A DNA stretch of 63,412 nt, the filler included. It is 7 parts of 7 records of this genome, joined end to end, with 100 filler letters (N's around TTAATTAATTAA, not from the genome) between each part and the next. Parts side by side here need not be neighbours in the genome. Positions count along the whole stretch, not along the records: positions 36,758 to 50,754 come from DRR723986_7360; positions 50,855 to 57,183 come from DRR723986_7364; positions 57,284 to 63,412 come from DRR723986_7382; 4 more parts are not named here. One strand, given 5' to 3'. Shown in pieces: positions 49,483 to 60,334 of this stretch. The notes beneath the pieces were generated by a model. The model had not been told where the DNA came from and did not search any database. It worked only from the letters and a program-made list of their open reading frames with translations. The translations under genes and the position numbers were made by a program. How positions within the stretch are numbered: position 1 is the first letter of the stretch; the number at the start of each line of letters is the position of its first letter.

Positions 49483-50445
49483 ATGCCGGATGAAAAGAGC
49501 AGCATAGATGTATCGATTGCAGGTTTCCGCAAGGGAATCTGGAAATCCAAACTCCTTGAGCAGGCCGATGCCGAGGGCATGTCCCAGGAATTGGGCGAGC
49601 GCCACTTTGCGACCTTTATTGACCGTAGCAGCACCCTGATCGTGACCTTTGAAACCCAGCAAGGCATCCGTGCGATGTCCGAAACCCAACAACCGTTCGG
49701 GTTTGAGCTGGTTAAGGCACAAGATTGGTCGCACCTGTGCATCATCTCGGACGGGGACACATGGTTCCGCGATGCCAAGGTTTACGGTTTCTTTGATCGC
49801 CTGATCGACGATGGCTTTTTCGAAGACTTTGATCACGTTGTCTTTTATGGCGCAGGCCCCTGTGGTTATGCGGCGTCGGCCTTTTCTGTCGCCTCGCCCG
49901 GCGCCACGGTTGTCGCGATCCAGCCGCAAGCAACGCTTGACCCGCGCATGACCGAATGGGACGACCGCTTTACCGATATGCGCCGTGTGTCGTTCACGGA
50001 TCGCTATGGCTATGCCCCCGATATGCTGGATGCCGCGGATCGGGCCTTCGTTCTGTACGATCCCACCCAAGCGCTGGATGCCATGCACGCCACGCTGTTC
50101 AAGCGCCCAAATGTCACCCGCTTGCGGATGCGTCATATGGGCGGAGAGTTGCAATCCCGACTGCTGGACATGAATCTGCTCTACCGCCTTTTGACACTGG
50201 CAGGCACGCAAAAGCTGAACGCACACGCATTCTATCGTCTGTACCGGGCCCGCCGAGCCTATCCCCGGTATTTGAAATCAATAGTTGGGCACCTCGACCG
50301 TGAGGGTCGCCCCTACTTGAACATGCTGTTGTGTCGCAATGTTCTATCTCGCATGCCCATGCGGCGCCTGCGCAGAAAGCTCGAAGAGCTAGAGCAAAAG
50401 GCCAAGGATGGAGCCTTTACCCCGCCCCCACCACCTGCCGAATAA
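49483..50445 (+). CDS. Uncharacterised alpha/beta-hydrolase-like protein
   Basis: LIVTFE, TWFR, FYGAGPCGYAA elbow-like motif, PQATL; GAGGA RBS. Confidence 0.65.
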   Translation: MPDEKSSIDVSIAGFRKGIWKSKLLEQADAEGMSQELGERHFATFIDRSSTLIVTFETQQGIRAMSETQQPFGFELVKAQDWSHLCIISDGDTWFRDAKVYGFFDRLIDDGFFEDFDHVVFYGAGPCGYAASAFSVASPGATVVAIQPQATLDPRMTEWDDRFTDMRRVSFTDRYGYAPDMLDAADRAFVLYDPTQALDAMHATLFKRPNVTRLRMRHMGGELQSRLLDMNLLYRLLTLAGTQKLNAHAFYRLYRARRAYPRYLKSIVGHLDREGRPYLNMLLCRNVLSRMPMRRLRRKLEELEQKAKDGAFTPPPPPAE

Positions 50446-50468
50446 CTCTGAATTCGCGCCAAATACCG

Positions 50469-50492
50469 GACCCTGCCCCGCGCAGGGTCTTT
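50469..50492 (+). terminator. Hairpin terminator after the GT cluster
   Basis: GACCCTGC-CCCGC-GCAGGGTC-TTT. Confidence 0.6.
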
Positions 50493-50524
50493 CCCGTTCT
50501 GTCTAGCTGTGTTAGCGCAGCCCC

Positions 50525-50754
50525 ATGACCCAGAGCCTCGTGATCCGCCGCCCCGACGACTGGCACCTGCATCTGCGCGATGGCGCAATGCTGGATGCTG
50601 TCCTACCTGAAACCGCTCGCCATTTTGGCCGTGCCATCATCATGCCGAACCTCGTTCCGCCTGTGGTGACCGGCGATCAGGCCGCCGCCTATCGCGACCG
50701 CATCCTAGCGGCGCTGCCCGAGGGCATGGCGTTCGAGCCGCTGATGACGCTCTA
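50525..50754 (+). CDS. pyrC: Dihydroorotase, N-terminal fragment
   Basis: [20 protein letters not shown]. Confidence 0.96.
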
Positions 50755-50854
50755 NNNNNNNNNNNNNNNNNNNNNNNNNNNNNNNNNNNNNNNNNNNNTT
50801 AATTAATTAANNNNNNNNNNNNNNNNNNNNNNNNNNNNNNNNNNNNNNNNNNNN
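50755..50854. other. Artificial contig linker
   Basis: N-run + TTAATTAATTAA + N-run. Confidence 0.97.
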
Positions 50855-51722
<868 letters not shown>

Positions 51723-51786
51723 TCATCAAAGAAAAAGCGGGACAGGAAAATGAAGCTGCTAATGATACACCAGCCGGCTCGCTGAA

Positions 51787-52407
51787 TCAGCGCAGCAACT
51801 CCCGGGCATGGCTGATGACCTTCTTGCGGGTGAAAATGAGTTGCCAGCGGTGGCCGCCACTTTGCCTCCACAGCACGGCAGATCGGATGCCGGCCAGCAA
51901 CAGGGCCCGTACCTTGTCTGCATTTTCATTACGCTGGAGTATCTGCGGGTTGCCGGTTACCTGAATGCGCAAACGAAAGGTGCTGATGGTGTCGGCATAG
52001 ATTGAGGCCAGATTGCCCAGAAGGTTGCTGTGACTGTAACCGAAATGGCTGGCCGTATGCCGGGCCTGCTCGATCCTGTTGCCGATAACGTCCAGCATGT
52101 CCGGGGCGCGTCTGAGTTTGGCTTCAAGCTGGATCAGGTTGAACATGTACCGCAGGATTTCTACGTCCTGGGGTTGGCCGTGCTGGGCCAGTACCGTCGA
52201 AAGCACCGTCAATCCTTCCCGTATGTCAGACAGTTCGCCGCCGTAGACATCCAGTGTGGAGGCCGGGTTGGTGGCAAACAATGAGCGAATACAGGTTTCC
52301 AGGCTGTCTTCATTGCAGTTGCCATTATGGGCAATCTGCTGCACCAGGGTCGCAGCCTGACACAGGCCGGCCAGAGCCAGAGTCTGGTCATGCAGGGAGC
52401 GGCTCAT
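51787..52407 (-). CDS. hflD: High frequency lysogenization protein HflD
   Basis: [30 protein letters not shown]; between mnmA and purB. Confidence 0.94.
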   Translation of the reverse strand: MSRSLHDQTLALAGLCQAATLVQQIAHNGNCNEDSLETCIRSLFATNPASTLDVYGGELSDIREGLTVLSTVLAQHGQPQDVEILRYMFNLIQLEAKLRRAPDMLDVIGNRIEQARHTASHFGYSHSNLLGNLASIYADTISTFRLRIQVTGNPQILQRNENADKVRALLLAGIRSAVLWRQSGGHRWQLIFTRKKVISHARELLR

Positions 52408-53582
52408 GTGTCAGATCCTTCACTTGCCTGGTGCTCAAGTCTTGCCGGTAAGGCTTCGTTATCGCGCCAGGTCTGTTCAATAACGCCGCCGCCCAGGCAC
52501 ACCTCACCCTGATAGAAAACCACGGACTGGCCGGGAGTTACGGCACGCTGGGCGTCGTCGAAGACGACCTTCACGCCACCATCTATGACGGTAACCTCGC
52601 AATCCTGATCCGGTTGGCGATATCGGGTTTTCGCCTTGCAGCGGAACTTCTGTGCCGGAGGTTCGCCGGCCACCCAGTCAACAGGGCCCGAGACCAGTCC
52701 CCGCGAAAATAGCAGCGGGTGATGCTTGCCCTGGACGGCAATCAATACATTCCGCTTGAGGTCTTTTTCTGCCACATACCAGGGCTCGTCGCCAAACTCC
52801 GCAAGACCGCCAATGCCAAGGCCCTGACGTTGCCCGATGGTGTGGTACATCAGGCCTTGATGTTTGCCAATCACCGTGCCGTCGGGTGTTTCAATGTTGC
52901 CGGGCTGAGCGGGCAGGTACTGTTTCAGAAAATCGGTAAACTTCCGTTCCCCGATAAAACAGATTCCTGTCGAATCTTTTTTATCGTGAGTAACGAACCC
53001 TTGCTCTTCAGCAATTCGGCGAACCTCCGGCTTTTCCAGTTCGCCCACCGGAAACAGGGTGCGGGCGATGCGCTCGCCGGAGACGGCATGGAGGAAGTAA
53101 CTCTGGTCTTTGTTGGGGTCCAGCCCCTTGAGCAACTGGGCCTTGCCGCTACCATCGTTGAGCGGGCGCTGGCGTGTGTAATGGCCGGTCGCGATATAGT
53201 CGGCGCCCAGAGTAACGGCGTAATCCAGAAATGCCCGGAATTTTACTTCCTTGTTGCAGAGGATGTCCGGATTGGGGGTTCGGCCGGCACTGTATTCCGA
53301 CAGAAAATGCTCGAATACCCGGTCCCAGTACTCCGCGGCGAAGCTGGCGGTGTGCAGTTTGATGCCGATGGCGTCGGCAACAGCCTGGGCATCTGCCAGA
53401 TCAGTCATTGCCGTACAGTATTCGGTCCCGTCGTCCTCGTCCCAGTTTTTCATAAACAGGCCTTCCACCTGGTACCCCTGATCTTTCAGGAGCCAGGCCG
53501 CAACGGAGGAATCCACGCCGCCGGACATGCCGACGATCACGCGGGTGTGCTCGGGGGATTGGGGCTCAGTATTCTGGGTCAT
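52404..53582 (-). CDS. mnmA: tRNA 2-thiouridylase MnmA
   Basis: [34 protein letters not shown]. Confidence 0.97.
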   Translation of the reverse strand: MTQNTEPQSPEHTRVIVGMSGGVDSSVAAWLLKDQGYQVEGLFMKNWDEDDGTEYCTAMTDLADAQAVADAIGIKLHTASFAAEYWDRVFEHFLSEYSAGRTPNPDILCNKEVKFRAFLDYAVTLGADYIATGHYTRQRPLNDGSGKAQLLKGLDPNKDQSYFLHAVSGERIARTLFPVGELEKPEVRRIAEEQGFVTHDKKDSTGICFIGERKFTDFLKQYLPAQPGNIETPDGTVIGKHQGLMYHTIGQRQGLGIGGLAEFGDEPWYVAEKDLKRNVLIAVQGKHHPLLFSRGLVSGPVDWVAGEPPAQKFRCKAKTRYRQPDQDCEVTVIDGGVKVVFDDAQRAVTPGQSVVFYQGEVCLGGGVIEQTWRDNEALPARLEHQASEGSDT

Positions 53583-53630
53583 TTCGTCTGGGAACCGGTC
53601 AAAAGCGCGAATTTTAACATCATCCGGTGA

Positions 53631-54080
53631 TTACGTCTGTCCATCCACAACCACATCAAGAGGGAATTTGCGTCCGTTTCGGTAATCCTCGATGCACTGG
53701 AGCACCAGCGGGCTTCGAAGCTGGTCACCGAGTTCCCGGATTTCCTCCGGCGTCAGCCAATGTGGGCCGATGATGCCGGTATCCAGCTTGTCGGTGGCGT
53801 GCCGGAGGGCTTTGGCGGCATAACAGAACCGGTAGTAGGTGACACCATTGGCGGGGGCCTTGTAGGTGTAGATGCCGAGGAAAAAAACCGGTTCTATCTC
53901 CCACCCGGTCTCTTCCAGGGTTTCCCGGCGTACGGCATCCAGAATGGCCTCGTTTTCCTCTATATGGCCTGCGGGCTGATTGAAAACCACCTTCCCGCCA
54001 CTGACTTCCTCAACCAGAAGAAACCGGCCCTGATCGTCTTCAACAACCACCGCCACGGTGGCATGGGGTTTCCAGGTCAT
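53631..54080 (-). CDS. nudJ: Nudix phosphatase NudJ
   Basis: KPHATVA, NQPAGH...RETLEETG Nudix box; synteny. Confidence 0.85.
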   Translation of the reverse strand: MTWKPHATVAVVVEDDQGRFLLVEEVSGGKVVFNQPAGHIEENEAILDAVRRETLEETGWEIEPVFFLGIYTYKAPANGVTYYRFCYAAKALRHATDKLDTGIIGPHWLTPEEIRELGDQLRSPLVLQCIEDYRNGRKFPLDVVVDGQT

Positions 54081-54685
54081 GATCGGTGACGCCTCCTTTT
54101 GGGCCTGGTTGATAGTTTCGGGGGAGTGTCGGGCAGATTGACCGTAACACTTCGGTATTCGCCGGGCTTCAGGTTATCCAGGGTCCAGTCCCCGATGCGG
54201 ACCCGGATCAGTCTCAGGGTAGGGTAGCCTACCGCCGCCGTCATTCTGCGTACCTGCCGGTTTTTGCCTTCGGTAATCGTCAGCGCCAGCCAAGTGGTAG
54301 GCACATTCTGTCGAAATCTCACCGGCGGGTTGCGGGGCCACAGGTCGGGTGTTTCAAGTCGATCCGCTCTGGCCGGCCGCGTGATCCCGTCTTTCAACAC
54401 TACGCCTTTGCGAAGTTTTTGCAGGGCCTCGTCTGTGAGCTCACCTTCGACCTGAACCCAATAAGTCTTGGGCATTTTGTTGGTGGGCGATGCGATACGA
54501 TGCTGTACTGCGCCCTCGTCGGTGAGCAGTAAAAGCCCTTCGGAATCGTAATCGAGTCGACCGGCCGGATAAACGCCGGGTTGATCAATCCAGTCGGCTA
54601 GGGTAGCTCTGGGATGGCTGGCGCGCTCGTCGGTAAACTGACTCAATACGTGAAACGGTTTGTTGAAGAGAATCAGCTTCGCCAT
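54077..54685 (-). CDS. rluE: 23S rRNA pseudouridine synthase RluE
   Basis: LFNKPF.VLSQF, AGRLDYDSEGLL, EGKNRQVRRM. Confidence 0.9.
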   Translation of the reverse strand: MAKLILFNKPFHVLSQFTDERASHPRATLADWIDQPGVYPAGRLDYDSEGLLLLTDEGAVQHRIASPTNKMPKTYWVQVEGELTDEALQKLRKGVVLKDGITRPARADRLETPDLWPRNPPVRFRQNVPTTWLALTITEGKNRQVRRMTAAVGYPTLRLIRVRIGDWTLDNLKPGEYRSVTVNLPDTPPKLSTRPKRRRHRS

Positions 54686-54763
54686 GGGTGAAGTCCTGTG
54701 CCGGAAATGCGCGAAAGCGCCAAGACTACTGCAATCACCGTTGATTAAAAAGCACGAAGCCAG

Positions 54764-54843
54764 CCCACCGGCAGAACCGGTGGGAAAAGGAAAGAAATGG
54801 CAGGCTGCCAGCGTTGGCTGAGGGCTTCAGGCAACGCCTGGCA
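54764..54843 (-). terminator. Two hairpins downstream of cspD, possible terminator
   Basis: CCCACCGG-CAGAA-CCGGTGGG and TGCCAG...CTGGCA with a T-rich minus-strand spacer between them. Confidence 0.45.
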
Positions 54844-55155
54844 TCAGCCGTTTACAGCACGGGGCGTGTAGCTCTCGTTGCTGTTGCTGGATTGAGCCGC
54901 CTGATCCGACGAATCCGATGCCGTTTTCGCCCCGGACTCTCTGGCCGGAACCTCGTCCGGAACAATGTTAATGGCGTGGACGCCCTTGTCACTGGGCTTC
55001 TTGTCGAACGTTACCGTCTGACCGGCCTTGAGGGTTTTGTAGCCATCCATCTGGACTGAGGAGAAATGGGCAAACAGGTCATCGCTGCAGCCATCTTCAA
55101 TGATGAAGCCGTATCCCTTGGCATTATTGAACCATTTGACTTTGCCTCTTGGCAT
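54844..55155 (-). CDS. cspD: Cold-shock domain protein CspD with C-terminal extension
   Basis: GKVKWFNNAKGYGFI, DLFAHFS, MDGYKTLKAGQ; divergent from clpS. Confidence 0.93.
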   Translation of the reverse strand: MPRGKVKWFNNAKGYGFIIEDGCSDDLFAHFSSVQMDGYKTLKAGQTVTFDKKPSDKGVHAINIVPDEVPARESGAKTASDSSDQAAQSSNSNESYTPRAVNG

Positions 55156-55587
55156 GATGAACTCCCCTGTTCCTTTGCTGTCACTTTGGGAGGCGCTGAC
55201 TGTTCCTCTGTACTTGGTGCCCGTGTATGGCGGGCAAGTTCCAGAGGCTCGGCAGGTGCTCCCTTATTATTGGTCTTGTGTGTTGAATTCACAGCGCCCT
55301 GGTGGCGCCTGAACTGTTGCCAACAACGTGAAACCGGTATTGGCTGTGGTTTCCGGTTACACGATGAAGCATGAGTTTACATTCTTTAACAATGCGCATT
55401 AACTGTCGGCCAAACCGGCGCCTGAGTCAAGTGCCGGATACTGCGGAACAGGTGGTTCTGGCAGGTCTGGAAGCGGTATCATGTTCGTATTGATAAACAA
55501 CGCACGCTTGTGGGCAGTGTTGGCTTGAAAACACGCTGCCACGCATCCACATTTAAGTCAGTAACCGAATAACCGGTATATGGAACC

Positions 55588-55947
55588 ATGCGGACAATTG
55601 AGAATTCTCTACTAGTATTCAATCAGGGGGAGGATGAACAACCCGGTCGCCATGAGGGGGTCAGTGTTGCGCCGGAGAAGCCTGCCCTGAAGCGCCCGGC
55701 GCGTTACCGGGTTGTGCTCCTGAATGATGATTACACACCCATGGATTTTGTGGTGGACGTACTGATGAAGTTCTTCGCCATGAACGAAGAAAAGGCGACG
55801 CAGGTGATGCTGCTCGTCCATACGCAGGGAAAAGCCGTATGTGGGGTATATACCCGAGACATCGCGGAAACAAAGGCAGCACAGGTGAACCAGTATTCCT
55901 CGGAATGCGAACATCCGCTCCTTTGCGAGATTGAACGTGCGGACTGA
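55588..55947 (+). CDS. clpS: Clp protease adaptor ClpS
   Basis: [26 protein letters not shown]. Confidence 0.96.
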   Translation: MRTIENSLLVFNQGEDEQPGRHEGVSVAPEKPALKRPARYRVVLLNDDYTPMDFVVDVLMKFFAMNEEKATQVMLLVHTQGKAVCGVYTRDIAETKAAQVNQYSSECEHPLLCEIERAD

Positions 55948-55965
55948 CAGACGTTGGGGTGGCCC

Positions 55966-57183
55966 ATGCTGAGTAAAGATCTGGAAATTACGCTGAATAC
56001 GGCCTTCAAAAATGCGAGGGACAAGCGTCATGAATTCATGACCGTCGAGCATTTGTTGCTGGCCCTTCTCGACAATGAATCGGCAGTGGGTGTCCTGAAA
56101 GCCTGTGGTGCAGACCTGAAGCGCCTTGAGGAAGAGTTGGTAGAGTTTGTGGACTCCACCACCCCCCTGATCCCTAGCTCCGACAGTGAGCGCGAAACCC
56201 AACCCACATTGGGGTTCCAGCGGGTACTGCAGAGAGCGGTATTCCATGTGCAGTCGTCTGGCAAGAAGGAGGTAACCGGAGCAAACGTACTGGTAGCCAT
56301 CTTCAGTGAGCAGGAAAGTCAGGCGGTTTATGTGCTGAAAAAGCAGAATATCGCCCGGATTGACGTGGTTAATTTCGTCTCCCATGGTATCTCCCGGGTT
56401 CAGGGAGCAGAGGACCAGGAAGGCGCGGATCACGCTGCCCAGGACGAAGCAGCGGAAGAGGGCGGTCATTCCCGTCCGCTGGAGAGCTACGCCACTAACC
56501 TCAACGAACAGGCACGGCAGGGTCGTATTGATCCGCTGATTGGCCGTGAGCATGAGGTTGAGCGGGTGGTACAGATTCTGGTTCGCCGCCGCAAGAACAA
56601 CCCCTTGCTGGTGGGCGAGGCCGGCGTTGGCAAGACAGCCATTGCCGAGGGTCTGGCCAAGAGGATTGTGGACGGGCAGGTGCCGGAGATTATCTCGGAT
56701 GCCGTCGTCTACTCACTGGATATGGGCGCGTTACTGGCCGGTACCAAGTATCGTGGCGATTTTGAAAAACGCCTCAAGGGCCTTTTGAGTGACCTGAAGA
56801 AGCAGAATCATGCCATTCTGTTCATCGATGAGATCCACACCATCATCGGTGCCGGATCTGCGTCGGGCGGCGTGATGGATGCCTCCAACCTGCTTAAGCC
56901 TATGCTCAGTTCAGGCGAACTCCGTTGCATTGGTTCGACCACGTTTCAGGAGTTCCGCGGTATTTTCGAGAAAGACAGCGCCCTGGCGCGTCGCTTCCAG
57001 AAAATTGATGTCAACGAGCCGAGCGTTGAGGACACCTACCAGATCCTCAAGGGTCTCAAGCCAAACTTCGAGAAACATCACGATCTCAAGTACACCGACA
57101 AGGCGTTGCGGGTAGCCGCAGAGCTGGCAGACCGGTACATCACCGACCGGCACCTGCCGGACAAGGCCATCGACGTGATCGAC
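55966..57183 (+). CDS. clpA: ATP-dependent Clp protease ATPase ClpA, N-terminal part
   Basis: [32 protein letters not shown]. Confidence 0.97.
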
Positions 57184-57283
57184 NNNNNNNNNNNNNNNNN
57201 NNNNNNNNNNNNNNNNNNNNNNNNNNNTTAATTAATTAANNNNNNNNNNNNNNNNNNNNNNNNNNNNNNNNNNNNNNNNNNNN
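57184..57283. other. Artificial contig linker
   Basis: N-run + TTAATTAATTAA + N-run. Confidence 0.97.
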
Positions 57284-57722
57284 CCCGCCGCACCATCTGA
57301 CCGCGCAGCCGCACGAGGGCGCCCTGCGACTTCAGGTCGTCCGGTTCCAGCGCGCGGAGGTAGCTGTTCAGCACATCTTGGACGCGGGGGAGGATGCCCT
57401 GCACCTCGGCCTCATGCGCCTTCGGCACCTCGAGGCTGGCGCGGAAGCGCAGATGCGCCACGTCGGAATGCGGCCCGAGCGACACCGTGATCTGCGGAAC
57501 CTCCACGAAGGCGACCTGCGGCAGCGCGGCGGTATCGGGCACCTCCTCCTCTGCGAGGGTCTCTTCGGCGGGCGCGTCGGAGCCGCCGCCCAGCATTCCC
57601 GACTGAACGGCGAAAAAGCCCCCACCGCCCCCGGCCAGGGCGAGGACCAGTCCGATGATCAGCGGCAGCTTCGACGGCTTCTTTTCCTCGAGCCCCTCTT
57701 CGTCGACGGTGATGTCAGACAT
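57284..57722 (-). CDS. fliL: Flagellar basal body protein FliL (C-terminus truncated)
   Basis: KKPSKLPLIIGL...GGGGFF TM; PRVQDVLNSYLR; divergent from fliF. Confidence 0.88.
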
Positions 57723-57767
57723 TCTTCACCTCTTTTCTGGTGCTGTCCGCTTATAAGCAGAAAGGGG

Positions 57768-57782
57768 CTAACTGATTGTTAA
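57768..57782. promoter_or_regulatory. CtrA-like site in the fliL/fliF divergent promoter
   Basis: CTAA-CTGATTG-TTAA, one mismatch to TTAA-N7-TTAA. Confidence 0.65.
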
Positions 57783-57838
57783 GTCAGATCGGCCAATCTC
57801 GACCCAACCGAACAGAACGTTTGGAGCGGAGGTCGATC

Positions 57839-59446
57839 TTGAGCCAGGTCCTGAAAAGCTGGAATGCCCTTGGCGGGCGCCAAAGGATGATTGTCGTCGG
57901 TGCCACCCTTGCCATGGCACTCGCCGTTCTGGGGCTCTCGCGGCTTGCCTCGGCGCCGAATTACGCCCTGCTCTATGCGGGGCTGGAAAACGAGGCCGCG
58001 GGCGAGGTCGTGAAGGCGCTGGAGGCCCGGGGGATCGCCTACGACGTGCGCGCCGGTGCGATCTTCGTCCCCGATTCGGATCGCGATGCCCTGCGTCTGA
58101 CGCTGGCCAGCGAGGGGCTTCCCGCGAACAACGGCCAGGGGTACGAGCTGCTCGACAACCTGTCCGGGTTCGGCACCACCTCGCAGATGTTCGACGCCGC
58201 CTATTGGCGCGCGAAGGAGGGCGAGCTGGCGCGCACCATCGTGTCGAACCCTCAGATCTCCAGCGCGCGGGTTCATATCGCCAACAGTTCCGCCAATCCG
58301 TTCCAGCGCGATGTCACGCCGTCGGCGTCGATTTCCGTCACCACCACCGGCGGCGTGCTTTCGGTGCAGCAGGCGCGGGCGCTGAAGTTCCTGATCGCCT
58401 CTGCGGTGCCCGGGCTGGTTCCGGACAATGTCGCCGTCATCGACGGCAAGGGCGGCCTGATCGGAGCCGAGGACGAACATGGCGGTGGCGTGACCGCCGA
58501 TGACAAGGCGGCCCAGCTTCGCGACCGCGTCCAGCGCCTGATGGAGGCACGGGTCGGGACCGGCAATGCCGTGGTCGAGGTCAGCGTCGACACCGTCACC
58601 GACAGCGAGTTGATTCGCGAGCGCAGCTTCGATCCGGAAGGGCGCGTCGTGATCTCTACCGACACCGAGGAGCTGACCGATCGGGCCGAGAATTCCGGCG
58701 GCGGCGATGTCACCGTGGCGTCGAACCTGCCCGATGGCGGTGCCGGCGGGCCCGAAAGCTCGTCCTCGCAAAAGGCCGAAACGCGCGAGCGGGTGAATTA
58801 CGAGGTTTCCGAGACCACGCGCGAGATCAAGCGCCAGCCCGGGGCGATCCGGCGCCTGACCGTCGCGGTCCTCGTGAACGGAACCTATGAGGCCGCGGCC
58901 GACGGCACGCAGGCTTTCGTCCCCCTCCCCGAAGAGGAACTGTCGGCGCTGCGTGACCTCGTGGCCTCTGCGGTCGGCTTCGAGGAGGAGCGCGGCGACC
59001 AGATCACCCTGCGCTCGCTGCCCTTCGAGCGGCCCGAAGGTCTGGGGACCGGGCCGGTCGAACCGGGCCTGTTCACCGGGACCATCGACACGATGCGCCT
59101 GATCCAGATGGGCGTTCTTGCGGTCGTGGCCCTGATCCTCGGGCTGTTCGTCCTGCGCCCGATCCTGTCGCGCGGCGACGAAGCGGTTGCGGGCGCCCTT
59201 CCGGCCCCCGGCGCGGAGCAGGGCAGCGGCGCCCTCGACGGCGAGATCGATCCCGTTGGCAGCTTCGGCGACCTTCCGGTCATGAACAGCGCTCCGGATT
59301 TCGGCGGCATGGGCATGGTCGATTTCGACGCCCCCCCGGAAGAGGACCCGGTCGACCGGCTGCGCAGCCTCATAGAAGAGCGCAAGTCGGAAACCGTCGA
59401 GATCCTGCGCAGCTGGCTGGATGACGACAAGGAGACCGCCGCATGA
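57839..59446 (+). CDS. fliF: Flagellar MS-ring protein FliF
   Basis: GGAGG RBS and TTG start; GYELLD, RAKEGELARTI, ARVHI, RLTVAVLV, RGDQI. Confidence 0.95.
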   Translation: MSQVLKSWNALGGRQRMIVVGATLAMALAVLGLSRLASAPNYALLYAGLENEAAGEVVKALEARGIAYDVRAGAIFVPDSDRDALRLTLASEGLPANNGQGYELLDNLSGFGTTSQMFDAAYWRAKEGELARTIVSNPQISSARVHIANSSANPFQRDVTPSASISVTTTGGVLSVQQARALKFLIASAVPGLVPDNVAVIDGKGGLIGAEDEHGGGVTADDKAAQLRDRVQRLMEARVGTGNAVVEVSVDTVTDSELIRERSFDPEGRVVISTDTEELTDRAENSGGGDVTVASNLPDGGAGGPESSSSQKAETRERVNYEVSETTREIKRQPGAIRRLTVAVLVNGTYEAAADGTQAFVPLPEEELSALRDLVASAVGFEEERGDQITLRSLPFERPEGLGTGPVEPGLFTGTIDTMRLIQMGVLAVVALILGLFVLRPILSRGDEAVAGALPAPGAEQGSGALDGEIDPVGSFGDLPVMNSAPDFGGMGMVDFDAPPEEDPVDRLRSLIEERKSETVEILRSWLDDDKETAA

Positions 59447-60054
59447 CCGCGCTCTCCGACCTGCTCGAGGATTTCGGGACCGCCAGAACCGGGCGCCCCG
59501 TCCAGCCGATGGCCCCCTCTCTCAGCGAGGCCGAGATCGAAGGCGCCAAGCTCGATTCCTTCGAGAAGGGTTACAAGGCGGGCTGGGACGATGCGGTGAA
59601 GGCGCAGTCCGATGACCGGACGCGCATTTCCAGTGCGCTGGGGCAACATCTTCAGGACCTCTCCTTCACCTACCACGAGGCCTACAGCCAGGTGATGAAT
59701 GCGGTCACGCCGATCCTGAACGAGATGGCGGGCTCTGTCCTGCCGCAGATCGCCCGCGCCACGCTGTCCCAGCACATCGCGGAACAGCTCGACTCCCTGA
59801 CGCAGGACATCGGGGCGCTCGACGTGGTCATCGCCGTGGCGCCCTCGCGCGTTCAGGCGATGGAGGGGCTTTTGCAGCAGGATTTTGGGTTCCCGATCGA
59901 ACTGAGCGCGGACGAGACCCTGAACGAAGATCAGGCCGACATCCGCTTTGGAGGAACCGAGCGGCAGATCGACCTTGGCGAGCTGATCGCCTCTGTCACC
60001 GAGGCGGTCGAAGGGTTCACGCACGACAACCAGAGGAAGGTCTCTCATGGATAG
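59443..60054 (+). CDS. fliH: FliH-like flagellar export protein
   Basis: FEKGYKAGWDD motif; position between fliF and fliN. Confidence 0.75.
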   Translation: MTALSDLLEDFGTARTGRPVQPMAPSLSEAEIEGAKLDSFEKGYKAGWDDAVKAQSDDRTRISSALGQHLQDLSFTYHEAYSQVMNAVTPILNEMAGSVLPQIARATLSQHIAEQLDSLTQDIGALDVVIAVAPSRVQAMEGLLQQDFGFPIELSADETLNEDQADIRFGGTERQIDLGELIASVTEAVEGFTHDNQRKVSHG

Positions 60055-60331
60055 CACCCAGCCCCGGCCCAGAGAGGCGGGCACGCCCTTCACCAACGTC
60101 CCCATCGAGATCACGGTCTCGGTCGGGCGCGCCCGACCGCTGGTGCGCGAATTGCTGCAACTCAACGAAGGTTCGGTGCTGACGCTGGACAAGCAGCTCG
60201 ACGATCCGGTCGAATTATACGTGGGCGACAAGTTGATCGGCATCGGCGTGCTCGAGGTCGTCGAGGGCGACGGTCCGGGACAGCTGGCCGTCCGCCTCAC
60301 CGAAGTCGTCGACCTGCAGACGCCGGCCTGA
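60047..60331 (+). CDS. fliN: Flagellar motor switch protein FliN
   Basis: VPIEITVSVGRA...LLQL...DPVELYV SpoA domain. Confidence 0.9.
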   Translation: MDSTQPRPREAGTPFTNVPIEITVSVGRARPLVRELLQLNEGSVLTLDKQLDDPVELYVGDKLIGIGVLEVVEGDGPGQLAVRLTEVVDLQTPA

Positions 60332-60334
60332 CGC

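Noticed and set aside
51787-52407. hflD as evidence of a prophage
   Set aside because: It is a core chromosomal gene in the conserved mnmA-hflD-purB block
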